A stretch of DNA of 64,000 nucleotides, taken from Methanobacteriota archaeon. GTDB taxonomy: Archaea > Thermoplasmatota > Thermoplasmata > Methanomassiliicoccales > UBA472. The notes under the pieces were generated by a model. It ran no database searches. It was not told the DNA's origin and saw only the letters and a list, made by a program, of their open reading frames with translations. Of the stretch, positions 1 to 8,616 are shown piece by piece. Where the stretch lies: assembly GCA_021372315.1 (NCBI GenBank), contig JAJFUT010000109.1, forward strand, positions 3,759 to 67,758. Reading direction: 5' to 3'. Position 1 is the stretch's first letter. Every line of letters begins with the position of its first letter. Made by a program: the position numbers and the translations under genes.

Positions 1-547
1 TTGTCTCGATGACGCCTGCCTTCGTCGCCCCTATGCCCTTCGCGAGGGCGAGCGCGATGCTCTTGGCACTGCCGGAATGGTCCTGTTCGACCGCGACGAG
101 CGCCGGGGTGCCGAATCCCTGGACGTACATCTCCCTGACCATCGGGCCAGGTGCCTTCGGGGCCATCATTATGACGTCGTTCTCCTTCGGGACCTTGATC
201 TCCTTGAAGACGATGCTGAAACCGTGCGCGAACTCCAAGGCCGCGCCCTTCTTCAGGTTCGGCGCCACCTGGGACTTGAACACCTCTCCCTGGACCTCGT
301 CCGGGAGGAGGACCATGACGACATCGGCTCCCTTGACCGCTTCAGCGACCTCGGCGACCTTCATGCCGTTCTTCTTCGCGTCCACCCAGGACTTACCGTC
401 CTTCCTGAGCCCGACGATGACGTTCAAACCCGAGTCCTTCAGGCACATCGACTGTGCCTTGCCCTGGCTTCCGAATCCCAGGACGGCGATCTTCTTGCCC
501 TTGAGGACACCGAGGTCGGCGTCTGAATCATGATACAGTTTTGCCAT
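1..547 (-). CDS. ilvC: ketol-acid reductoisomerase, N-terminal ~182 codons (3' end lies outside the window)
   Basis: Reverse translation from ATG 547..545 reads MAKLYHDSDADLGVLKGKKIAVLGFGSQGKAQSMCLKDSGLNVIVGLRKDGKSW..., a class-I KARI N-terminal Rossmann domain. A GGTGA motif lies 5 nt upstream. It is absent from the ORF track only because it has no stop inside the window. Confidence 0.9.
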   Translation of the reverse strand, partial: MAKLYHDSDADLGVLKGKKIAVLGFGSQGKAQSMCLKDSGLNVIVGLRKDGKSWVDAKKNGMKVAEVAEAVKGADVVMVLLPDEVQGEVFKSQVAPNLKKGAALEFAHGFSIVFKEIKVPKENDVIMMAPKAPGPMVREMYVQGFGTPALVAVEQDHSGSAKSIALALAKGIGATKAGVIET

Positions 548-617
548 TTTTCTCACCTTTTCGTATGTCGATCCCTTCTCCGAATTATACACCAGATATT
601 TGGATATGTTGAGCTCT

Positions 618-2342
618 TCACGCCCCGGATATGGTTGGCGTGAAATCGACGTCCCTCGCGCAAACGCCGTTCTCCTGCCAGCGGCACCTTCCGCGGATGA
701 CCTCCTTGGACGATTTTCCGCCGGGCTGCATCGGGAGTATGTCCTCCTCCGGGTCCGTGTGGATGTCAACCAGGAACGGCACGTCGGACTTGAACGCCTT
801 CAAGAACGCCTCCCTTATCTCGGAGGGCCTCTCCACCTTGATCGAGTCCGCCCCATATGCCTTGGCCAGCATGACGAAATCGGGGTTCCTCTGAAGGTCC
901 GTTCCGGAGTAGCGCCTGTCGCTGAACAGCTTCTGCCACTGCCTGACCATTCCAAGCCAGTTGTTGTTGAACAGCGCCACCACGACTGGAAGGTCCTCGT
1001 TGACCGCCGTAGCGAACTCCTGCACGACCATCTGGAGCGATCCGTCGCCGGCGATGTCGACCACCTGCTTGTCGCGGTGGGCGTACTTGACGCCGAGCGA
1101 TGCCGGGAATCCGAAGCCCATCGTCCCCATCCCGCCCGAGGTTATGAAATGGTTCGGCATCTTCATCCTGAGCAGGTGAGCCGCCCACATCTGGTTCTGA
1201 CCCACCTCCGTGCACACGTAAGCGTCGTCCTTCAGGATCTTGCTCAGTTCGTAGATGATCTTCTGCGGCTTGATCGGTGGATCGCTGATGTTCATGTCGC
1301 AGTCGCACATCTCGCGAAGCTTCTTCATCCTGAGCGACCACTCGCTCTCGCCCTTGGCCTTCCCGAGCCCCTTGATGAGCTGCTGGAGCGCCTTCTTCGC
1401 GTCCGCTATGATCTTCACCTTCGTTCTCGGGTTCTTTCCGGCCTCCATCGGGTCTATGTCGATATGGATGATCTTGGTGGACTCCGGCATCTCGGACGGG
1501 ATCCCGGACGACCTGTCGCTGAACCTGGCCCCGATGACCACCATGACGTCGCATTCAAGGAACGCCTTTCTGGCGATCTCCCTACCATGCATCCCTATCA
1601 TGCCCAACGCCAGGGGATGCGTCTCGGGGATGATCCCCTTGCCCATGAGCGATGTCGCCACGGGGGCCATGAGCATCTCGGAGAGCTTCAGCACCTCCTT
1701 GCTGGCATTGGCCCACATGGCCCCGCCCCCGACCATCAGCATCGGTCTCTCGGCAGCCTTCAGAAGCTTCACGGCCTCAAGCACGCCTGAGAGGTCCTCG
1801 TACGGGGCCGGTACTGGGAACTCCTCATCCATCCAGCTCTCCTGCACCTCTCCCTTGATGATATCCACGGGGAGGTCGACATGAACTGGCCCCATCCTTC
1901 CGTTGATCGCGATGTTCCATCCCTTCTTGATCGCCTCAGGAAGGTTCCTGGTGTTCATCACGCGGAAGTTGTGCTTTGTGATAGGCATCATCAATGAGAA
2001 GATGTCCGCCTCCTGGAACGCGTTGTTGCCGATCATGCCGGTCGATACCTGGCCGGTCAGCACCATCATCGGCGAGGAGTCCGCATATGCGGTAGCCACT
2101 CCCGTCACGAGGTTGGTCGCTCCAGGACCCGAGGTGGCCAGGCACACGCCCGGTTTCCCCGTCGCTCTGGCATATCCGTCGGCCATGTGAGCCGCGCACT
2201 GTTCGTGCCTGACCAAGACGTGGTGGATATCGGAACCTATCAGGTCATCGTATATCTGGAGGGTAACGCCTCCTGGATATCCGAACATCACGTCCACGCC
2301 CTGTCTTTCGAGCAGATCCAGAACAGCCTTTGAGCCTTTCAT
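618..2342 (-). CDS. ilvB: acetolactate synthase (AHAS) large catalytic subunit
   Basis: 574-aa ORF. N-terminus MKGSKAVLDLLERQGVDVMFGYPGG; TPP motif IAGDGSLQM...NNNWLGMVRQWQ. A GGTGA motif lies 7 nt upstream of the ATG. Confidence 0.93.
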   Translation of the reverse strand: MKGSKAVLDLLERQGVDVMFGYPGGVTLQIYDDLIGSDIHHVLVRHEQCAAHMADGYARATGKPGVCLATSGPGATNLVTGVATAYADSSPMMVLTGQVSTGMIGNNAFQEADIFSLMMPITKHNFRVMNTRNLPEAIKKGWNIAINGRMGPVHVDLPVDIIKGEVQESWMDEEFPVPAPYEDLSGVLEAVKLLKAAERPMLMVGGGAMWANASKEVLKLSEMLMAPVATSLMGKGIIPETHPLALGMIGMHGREIARKAFLECDVMVVIGARFSDRSSGIPSEMPESTKIIHIDIDPMEAGKNPRTKVKIIADAKKALQQLIKGLGKAKGESEWSLRMKKLREMCDCDMNISDPPIKPQKIIYELSKILKDDAYVCTEVGQNQMWAAHLLRMKMPNHFITSGGMGTMGFGFPASLGVKYAHRDKQVVDIAGDGSLQMVVQEFATAVNEDLPVVVALFNNNWLGMVRQWQKLFSDRRYSGTDLQRNPDFVMLAKAYGADSIKVERPSEIREAFLKAFKSDVPFLVDIHTDPEEDILPMQPGGKSSKEVIRGRCRWQENGVCARDVDFTPTISGA

Positions 2343-2400
2343 CTCTCATTCACCTTTTTCAACGATGATGGAGGCACTCTTAACAGAAGGGTGCCTCATT

Positions 2401-2484
2401 TCAAATAACGACGACCACGCCCAAACGAAGAACAGCTGAGACGTTCGTGCTGTTATTTGACACGGTTATTGGGATAACCGGCAT
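2401..2484 (-). promoter_or_regulatory. candidate ilvB leader mini-ORF (27 codons, 13 of them Val/Ile/Leu) embedded in a hairpin-rich 5' region
   Basis: Reverse strand reads ATG CCG GTT ATC CCA ATA ACC GTG TCA AAT AAC AGC ACG AAC GTC TCA GCT GTT CTT CGT TTG GGC GTG GTC GTC GTT ATT TGA = MPVIPITVSNNSTNVSAVLRLGVVVVI*. Inverted repeats lie at 2463-2480 (CGGTTAT/ATAACCG), 2430-2455 (AACAGC/GCTGTT) and 2371-2397 (GAGGCAC/GTGCCTC). Expression has not been shown. Confidence 0.3.
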
Positions 2485-2486
2485 CG

Positions 2487-2498
2487 TATAAATATATT
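2487..2498. promoter_or_regulatory. TATA-like element (TATAAATATATT / AATATATTTATA); could serve ilvB (minus) or the grpB-like gene (plus)
   Basis: This is the only strongly AT-rich TATA-like block in the 310-bp ilvB upstream region. On the minus strand, 23 nt separate it from an in-frame GTG of the mini-ORF at 2463. Confidence 0.3.
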
Positions 2499-2652
2499 CC
2501 TTGATGCCCTGACGCCAGTCCGAACGAGCGATTCCAATCGAAAATCAATTTATCACTTGTTTCTGTACTGGATACAATTTCATTCACCTTTCTTATGAAG
2601 TGAAGTATTGAAAGACGGTTGATGCGTCATGAGCGGTTCATAACATGACGAG

Positions 2653-3149
2653 ATGTTGATCGTCGATTATGACCCCAAATGGTCTGAGATGTACCAGACC
2701 GAAGCAGCAATCATTCGAACGGCGCTCGAAGGCAGATGTACATCGATCGAGCATATAGGCAGCACTGCAGTGCCTGGGCTCTGCGCGAAGCATGTTATCG
2801 AATCATGGTCAGCGTCATGGACATCGACGAATTCAGGGAGCGCAATCAGGAGCTCGCCGATATGGGATATTTACACATGCCATTCGACGATGATGAGGGC
2901 CGATCGTTCTTCAGGAAAGGGATGCCGCGCACCCATCATCTACACGTCGTCGTCGAAGGCAGCGAGGCCTGGGAACCACACATCAGGTTCCGGGACCTTC
3001 TCCGCGGAGACCACGTCCTCAGGGAAAGGTACTCTCAGTTGGAACGGGGGAGCGCGGCACGTCAAAGGAACGACAGGCAGGCGTATCTCGATTCCAATCA
3101 TCAGCTCATAGACGAAGCGCTCCAGCGTCCACTGGTCGACCCACGGTGA
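2653..3149 (+). pseudogene. GrpB-family (UPF0157) protein, disrupted by a 1-nt frameshift near 2799-2803
   Basis: Frame 1 (2653..) gives MLIVDYDPKWSEMYQTEAAIIRTALEGRCTSIEHIGSTAVPGLCAKHVIE. The homology continues in the ORF that starts at 2736: IMVSVMDIDEF...GMPRTHHLHVVVEGSEAWEPHIRFRDLLRGDHVLRERYSQLE. Adding one base in GTTATCGA-ATCATGG would join the two frames. Confidence 0.7.
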
Positions 3150-3205
3150 TCTAATCGTACTCGCCCGTTCGGAACTGAACGTCTTCTAGGGAGGTACGGT
3201 TTTAG

Positions 3206-3517
3206 ACACAAGGGCGATCGTACACCTACAGCGAGGTCTACGGCATGCTCGGAGAGATCACCGGCATACCTCCTCAGAAGGTCCATGCACTTCCTTCCGT
3301 CGCGAAGGTGATGATCGCACCGGTCCAGTTCGTCAATTGACTGGCGAAAAGGGACGATCTCATATACCGGCTGTCGACCGTAGGCTCGGTCCCCTCGGAC
3401 AGGTCTCCAAGCACGGAGAGGGCGAGGAAAGAGATAGGTTACATGTCTATGCATGATCTCCGAAGAGGCCTCGAGAAGACGTATGGCTGGTATAAGGAGA
3501 ACGGATATCTGCGGTGA
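3206..3517 (+). pseudogene. 3' fragment of an NAD-dependent epimerase/dehydratase gene with an internal stop
   Basis: The open frame after TAG 3203-3205 reads TQGRSYTYSEVYGMLGEITGIPPQKVHALPSVAKVMIAPVQFVN*LAKRDDLIYRL...STERARKEIGYMSMHDLRRGLEKTYGWYKENGYLR*. The tail matches the usual SDR-epimerase C-terminus. An in-frame TGA lies at 3338-3340, and there is no N-terminal Rossmann part. Confidence 0.45.
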
Positions 3518-3571
3518 CTTGGCATAACATTTTGAAAAAGAGTTAAATCATCGCCTTCGAATCCCGGCCTC

Positions 3572-4564
3572 ATGGAGAGCGGCGAGGTACAGTACGGTGA
3601 TGTCAATGGCCTTTGGGACAAGGTCCGTAACGTGTTCCGCATCAGCTACACGTTGAACTTCGTCTTCGCTGCGCTCGTAGGCGTTGCGTTCGCATGGACC
3701 GTCGTTCCTGAATGGACCATCGGGACGCTCATCGTCCTCGACGTTTTCTTCCTCGCGCTGTTCGTCAACATCTCCAACGATTATTTCGATCACAAGAGCG
3801 GTGCGGACGAGAACCGCTGGAAGAAGTACAGCGTCGCGAATGATAAGGACCTTAGGGAGATGTTCAACGAGAAGATCTACTGGAGCGGGAACGCGTTCGA
3901 CAGGGGCATCGTCAGCGACAGGACGGGCAAGGTCATCATCGCATCCCTCGCTTTGATAGCTGTCTTGCTGGCCATACCCATCCTGCAGTTCGGCGGATGG
4001 ATGGTGCTGCTCATGGGCGGCATCGCGTTCTTCCTCAGTTATTTCTATACCGCCCCCCCGCTCAACCTCGGTGCGCGAGGGCTCGGTGAGGTCGACGTCC
4101 TGCTTTCGTTCACATTCCTCTCGCTATTCCCTTATGTCGTCCTCGTCAACGACATCAACCTAGAGATCGTCCTCATCTCCATAACGGTAGGTCTTAGCGT
4201 AATGCTGTTGAGGTCCGTCGACCAGATGTCCGGCTACGAGGCGCACAAGGCGGCCGGGGAGAAGGATTTCAGCGTGAGGTTCGGTCTTGATGGCGCGGCC
4301 AACGTCGTCATCTACTTCCTCACGATAATGTATGCCATCGACATCTGCCTGGTCCTCCTTTACGGGGTCGGCTTCGCCCTTCTATTGCTGACCATACCGG
4401 TCACGAAGGAGCTTATCAAGATGTTCAGGGACAAGGACGACAAATACAGATGGATACGTCCCGTCCCGACGATGCTGAAGATCGCGATGGGTCAGATGCT
4501 GCTGCTCGTGATATCGTTCCTGCTCATGCAGTTCATGTCCGAGCTCTCATGGCATCCCTTCTGA
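3572..4564 (+). CDS. UbiA/MenA-family aromatic prenyltransferase (polytopic membrane protein)
   Basis: 330 aa with many TM segments. First Asp-rich motif NISNDYFDHKSGADE is MenA-like (NDYFDxxxGxD). Second acidic region SVDQMSGYEAHKAAGEKD. Confidence 0.8.
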   Translation: MESGEVQYGDVNGLWDKVRNVFRISYTLNFVFAALVGVAFAWTVVPEWTIGTLIVLDVFFLALFVNISNDYFDHKSGADENRWKKYSVANDKDLREMFNEKIYWSGNAFDRGIVSDRTGKVIIASLALIAVLLAIPILQFGGWMVLLMGGIAFFLSYFYTAPPLNLGARGLGEVDVLLSFTFLSLFPYVVLVNDINLEIVLISITVGLSVMLLRSVDQMSGYEAHKAAGEKDFSVRFGLDGAANVVIYFLTIMYAIDICLVLLYGVGFALLLLTIPVTKELIKMFRDKDDKYRWIRPVPTMLKIAMGQMLLLVISFLLMQFMSELSWHPF

Positions 4565-5497
4565 TCAATCGGAGGAGAACGCGAAGCGCTTCGACATCTG
4601 CATGATCGCCTGGACGTTCCCCCTGGTGATGAGGGAGTATTCCCTGACGGCATCGAAACCGCATTTCTTGCAGGACTCCGTGCCCCTCATAGGGCATCCG
4701 TAATGATGCGAACGGTCAGGAAGGACGAACATCGAGACCCAGTCCGCGCACGTCTCCCCGTAGTCCTCGATGAGCATCTCCTTCAGGGCCTTTCCCGAGT
4801 TCAATATAGGCGCCCCCTCCTTCTTCAGGGCGATCGCCTGCCGGACGATCTCCTTCTTCTCGTCGAGCGTAAGCATGCTCTCGAACGGTGGGGGCGTCAG
4901 GAAGTTGAGCATGATCCCGTGTATCTTGTCGCTCTTCGAGACGATGTCCACGGTCTCCCTGAGGAGGTCCTTGTTCTCCTTCATGATGGTCATGTTGGCA
5001 AAGATGTTGGGATGATCGACCTTCTCGAGGTTCGCCATCAACATGTCGTAGACGCCATCGGAGCAGCGTATCTTGTCATGGACCTCCTTCGGTCCATCGA
5101 GCGAGACGGAGATGACGTCGCTGTTGGTGAAGATGACGTTCGTGCCATTGGTCGTATAGCCGGTAACGAAGTACCCGATGCCCTTTCCAGCCTCGACGAG
5201 GTCGCTTACGGTCCTATCGCCATCCTTCCACATCGTCGGCTCGCCGCCCTCGAAGAACAATATCCTGGCGCCCTTCTCGAACCCGAGCTTCATCTCCTCG
5301 ACGGCATCGGCGTAGCTCAGTCTCTTGACGTCAGGGAGGTTGGAAGCGTTCCCATGGATGCTGCAGTGCTTGCACTTGAGGTTGCACTCGAAGTTGATTA
5401 TCATCGTGTTAACGAGCGGCCTCTTCTTTCCGAAGACGCTCGCGATGAACCATCTGGCATAGTAGGTGTACTGACCCAAGGATATCAGTTTTGCCAT
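4565..5497 (-). CDS. radical SAM protein with a Cys-rich C-terminal (twitch/SPASM-like) region
   Basis: 310 aa. CNLKCKHC (CxxxCxxC) lies near residue 38. GGEPTMW is present. C-terminal region YGCPMRGTESCKKCGF. Confidence 0.8.
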   Translation of the reverse strand: MAKLISLGQYTYYARWFIASVFGKKRPLVNTMIINFECNLKCKHCSIHGNASNLPDVKRLSYADAVEEMKLGFEKGARILFFEGGEPTMWKDGDRTVSDLVEAGKGIGYFVTGYTTNGTNVIFTNSDVISVSLDGPKEVHDKIRCSDGVYDMLMANLEKVDHPNIFANMTIMKENKDLLRETVDIVSKSDKIHGIMLNFLTPPPFESMLTLDEKKEIVRQAIALKKEGAPILNSGKALKEMLIEDYGETCADWVSMFVLPDRSHHYGCPMRGTESCKKCGFDAVREYSLITRGNVQAIMQMSKRFAFSSD

Positions 5498-5705
5498 CGA
5501 CCATCGGGATGGGGGTCGGTATATTAATAATTGAGATGGGACGCTCCGATCGTGACGGTCCGAACTCTTATTGGCGATGGTTAATACCAGCTACGAGAAA
5601 TCATTGCATCACCACATTGAAACGATCACGATGCAACGATTAAATACTCATCAGGTCTTTTTTTATAATTGAAGGGGGGATCAAATAGCAAGTCTACGAA
5701 CTCAA

Positions 5706-5936
5706 GTGATCGAACAGATAGCGACTTTGATGACCGCAGCTTTCGCATTCGTGGCAGCATTGTCATGGAACCAGGCGATACTGGCGCTGATACGGGAATT
5801 TATCAGCCAGGAGGAAGACTGGGTATCCCTCATGGTAGTGGCAATAGTCATCACGATAATTGCGGTCATAGCAAGCTTGATGATCGCACGCGCCGCCTCA
5901 AAGGCCAAGGGAGCCGACGCAAAGGCGGGCAAGTAA
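5706..5936 (+). CDS. small two-TM membrane protein
   Basis: 76 aa with a GTG start preceded by GAAGGGGGGA. Two hydrophobic helices and a Lys/Ala-rich tail. Function unknown. Confidence 0.55.
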   Translation: MIEQIATLMTAAFAFVAALSWNQAILALIREFISQEEDWVSLMVVAIVITIIAVIASLMIARAASKAKGADAKAGK

Positions 5937-5946
5937 GCGCTATCCC

Positions 5947-5993
5947 GGCCGCTGTTGGCGGCCACACAATCCTTTTATCGTCCCTATTTTTTA
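5947..5993 (+). terminator. hairpin (GGCCGC-tgttg-GCGGCC) followed by T-tracts
   Basis: A perfect 6-bp stem at 5947-5963 lies directly after the stop at 5936. It is followed by CTTTTAT and ATTTTTTATT. Oligo-T is the usual archaeal termination signal. Confidence 0.3.
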
Positions 5994-6011
5994 TTCCCCT
6001 TGGAATTGCAC

Positions 6012-6323
6012 ATGCCGATACTAGCATACATCCTGATGTTCATCTCGATCGCACTGATAGCCTACGGTTTCACGGTCAGAGGTGGAGGGATCAAAGCCGT
6101 CCCCGGATACAAGCCTGACCCAAACGTGGAGGTCAGGGAGGAAGATCTCGTCAAGTTCGCGAGCAAGAACCTCGTGCTGATAGGCATCGTCGATCTCATC
6201 ATCGCCGCGGCTCTCATCCTGATCGGCGACGACGTTCTGGTATTCGCCGCCACCATACTGTTCACGCTGTTCATCTTCGTGGCGATCAGATATGCGTCGA
6301 AGGTGCTGGTCATCCCGAAATGA
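6012..6323 (+). CDS. hypothetical membrane protein
   Basis: An ATG at 6012 inside the 5955..6323 ORF gives MPILAYILMFISIALIAYGF... with three predicted TM helices. No recognisable domain. Confidence 0.5.
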   Translation: MPILAYILMFISIALIAYGFTVRGGGIKAVPGYKPDPNVEVREEDLVKFASKNLVLIGIVDLIIAAALILIGDDVLVFAATILFTLFIFVAIRYASKVLVIPK

Positions 6324-6393
6324 AAACGATATAACCAGTCGCACCGCAAGTCAAATATCGAATGAGAATATAACATATAACGGAGGGAGCGTT

Positions 6394-7410
6394 TTGAAGA
6401 TCAAGGTAGGGATCAACGGATTCGGCACTATCGGCAAGAGGGCCGCATGGGCGGTCTCAAAGCAGGACGACATGGAACTGGTCGGGGTAACGAAGACCAG
6501 GCCGAGCTTCGAGGCGCTGATGGCCATCGATCAAGGCTTCCCTCTTTACGCGGCATGCCAGGACGACGTCGCCGGTTTCGAGAAGGCCGGGATGAAGACC
6601 GCCGGCACGCTCGATGACCTGCTGACGAAGGTCGACATCATCGTCGACACGACGCCTGGAGGCGTGGCCGAGGGATACAAGTCCAAGTACGAGGCCGCGG
6701 GCGTCAAGGGAATATTCCAGGGTGGGGAGGACCACAGCCTCACTGGCATATCCTTCAACGCCATGGCCAACTATCACGAATCATGGGGGGCGAAGTTCTC
6801 CCGAGTGGTGTCCTGCAACACGACCGGACTTTGCCGCACCCTCTACCCGATCGACAAGGAGATAGGCGTCTCAAGGGTCATCGCGTCCCTCATCAGGAGA
6901 GGCGCCGACCCCGGTGACAGGAAGGGCTCGATGCTCAACGCCATCGAACCGTCGCTGAAGCTCCCGACACATCATGGACCTGACGTGCAGACGATCATGC
7001 CTTGGATGAACATCCAGACGATGGCCGTCGTCACTCCGACGACGCTCATGCACGTCCACTGCATCGCCGTAGACCTCAAGAGGAAGACGACCGAGGACGA
7101 GGTCGTCAGCATATGGCAGCTCACCCCGCGTGTCCGTCTGGTCCGCGGAAAGGACGGCATCAAGTCCACCGGCCAGGTCATGGAGCTCTCGAGGGACATG
7201 GGCAACCCGCGCGGCGACATGATGGAGATTGTTGTCTGGAAGGACGGAATCAAGGTCGTCGACGACCATCTGTACTACTATCAGGCGATACACCAGGAGA
7301 GCGATGTCGTGCCAGAGATAGTCGACTGCATAAGGTCGATGACAAAGCTCGAGCAGGACCCGCTCAGGTCGATCGCCAAAACGAATAAGGCGCTGGGCCT
7401 GTCAAAATAA
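6394..7410 (+). CDS. gap: archaeal type II glyceraldehyde-3-phosphate dehydrogenase
   Basis: TTG at 6394 is preceded by GGAGGGAG. (M)KIKVGINGFGTIGKR, SCNTTGL catalytic Cys, and a 338-aa length typical of archaeal GAPDH. The longer 6292 start would add non-homologous residues. Confidence 0.9.
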   Translation: MKIKVGINGFGTIGKRAAWAVSKQDDMELVGVTKTRPSFEALMAIDQGFPLYAACQDDVAGFEKAGMKTAGTLDDLLTKVDIIVDTTPGGVAEGYKSKYEAAGVKGIFQGGEDHSLTGISFNAMANYHESWGAKFSRVVSCNTTGLCRTLYPIDKEIGVSRVIASLIRRGADPGDRKGSMLNAIEPSLKLPTHHGPDVQTIMPWMNIQTMAVVTPTTLMHVHCIAVDLKRKTTEDEVVSIWQLTPRVRLVRGKDGIKSTGQVMELSRDMGNPRGDMMEIVVWKDGIKVVDDHLYYYQAIHQESDVVPEIVDCIRSMTKLEQDPLRSIAKTNKALGLSK

Positions 7411-7429
7411 CACTAGGGAAGGACGGCCT

Positions 7430-8452
7430 TCAGATTTCGAACTTGTTCGCAGGGATCGTGATGACGAACCGGGCGCCCTTTCCAGGCTCGCCGATCTCCT
7501 TTATCGTCATCCCGGTGATCTCGAGGACCTCTCTGACAAGGTATAGCCCCAGCCCCGTGTTCCTGCCATACCCCCTGGCGAATATGATGTCCTTCTCGTC
7601 GGCAGGTATCCCTGTTCCGTCGTCCTCGAAAACAAGCTGACCATGCTCGTCCTCGGTCGTGAACGTGATCTTGAGGACATTGGCGCCCGCATGCCGCTGC
7701 ACGTTGTCCATCAGATTGAAGAAGACCTTGTCAAGCATCGGGTCCGCAAGGATGCGGAGCCTTCCGACGCTCATCTCCATAGGAACTCGGGGCTCGTTCA
7801 GCGAGGAATAGGCAACCTTCAGACTTTCTTCCACGTTGATCCAGGCCGGTCTCTTCAACCCCAGCTCCTGATAGTATCTGGTGAACTCCATCTGGACCTT
7901 GATCGTCTCCGCTGACAGCTTCGCCTTCTGTATGTACTTCTTCACCGCGTCATCCTTGCACCTGATCTCAGCGAGCTCCAGGTATCCGAAGAGGCCGGTC
8001 AGGGAATTCAGTACGTCGTGCCTCGTCGCGGACCCGAGGATCGACAGCTTCTTGTTCATGATCTCGATCGAGCGCTCGTCCTCGATCTTCTTGGTGATGT
8101 CCCAGCCGCGCAGGCAGAACTCATGCCTGTCCCCTTCCAGCAGGAAGACCTCTATCTGGAACGTCCTGGGCTGGCCATCCTTCGACAGAAGCCCCAGCTC
8201 TATCGTCATGGTCCGCGTCTCGCCTCCATCTACGGCATCGATGGCCTTGTTCAGGCCATCCAGCTGCATGCACACCAGGTCATCGAAGCGCAACCCCTCG
8301 ATATCGCTGTGCGAATACCCCAAGGAGTTCACCACTCCAGGCGCGGCCAGGACGACGACCCGTTCCCGGCTGAGGATCAGTAACAGACCGACGGACCTTT
8401 CCCACAGTTGCGGGGCATATTTGTTGACCCTATCATAATTCGGAGCGCTCAT
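7430..8452 (-). CDS. cytoplasmic PAS-domain sensor histidine kinase (no adjacent response regulator)
   Basis: 340 aa. H-box region SILGSATRHDVLNSL. HATPase_c motifs NLMDNVQRH, DDGTGIP, GLGLYLVREV, GKGARFVITIP. Confidence 0.85.
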   Translation of the reverse strand: MSAPNYDRVNKYAPQLWERSVGLLLILSRERVVVLAAPGVVNSLGYSHSDIEGLRFDDLVCMQLDGLNKAIDAVDGGETRTMTIELGLLSKDGQPRTFQIEVFLLEGDRHEFCLRGWDITKKIEDERSIEIMNKKLSILGSATRHDVLNSLTGLFGYLELAEIRCKDDAVKKYIQKAKLSAETIKVQMEFTRYYQELGLKRPAWINVEESLKVAYSSLNEPRVPMEMSVGRLRILADPMLDKVFFNLMDNVQRHAGANVLKITFTTEDEHGQLVFEDDGTGIPADEKDIIFARGYGRNTGLGLYLVREVLEITGMTIKEIGEPGKGARFVITIPANKFEI

Positions 8453-8616
8453 CGGTGTATCGATGGCTTATTGGGGTTGGATGATAAAAATATGATTGCC
8501 CATAATTTCATAATTCATCAGTATGTCGCGTGTTCCAGACCGAAACCGTAATTTAACCCCATAGCTTAGGGTGGGTCGGTCACTGTCGGTCCCAAGACAG
8601 CTCCAAGGGTGAATCG

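Noticed and set aside
600-1790. 396-aa plus-strand ORF, plus ORFs 766..1554 and 1255..1884
   Set aside because: These are antisense or alternate frames of ilvB. Their composition is Arg/His/Leu/Pro-rich and low in complexity, typical of shadow ORFs in GC-rich coding DNA. The ilvB frame carries unmistakable AHAS motifs.
2430-2445. CTGAGA string, as in a TPP (THI-box) riboswitch
   Set aside because: It lies on the wrong strand relative to ilvB. There is no accompanying ACCTGA/pyrimidine-sensor helix and no thiamine gene context.
3572-5497. The idea that the UbiA/MenA-like prenyltransferase and the radical SAM gene form a quinone or lipid-modification operon
   Set aside because: The genes are convergent, with their stops abutting at 4564/4565. 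They cannot be co-transcribed, and adjacency alone is weak evidence.
4703-5527. 274-aa plus-strand ORF
   Set aside because: It is antisense to the radical SAM gene, which has the CxxxCxxC motif, and it has no motifs of its own.
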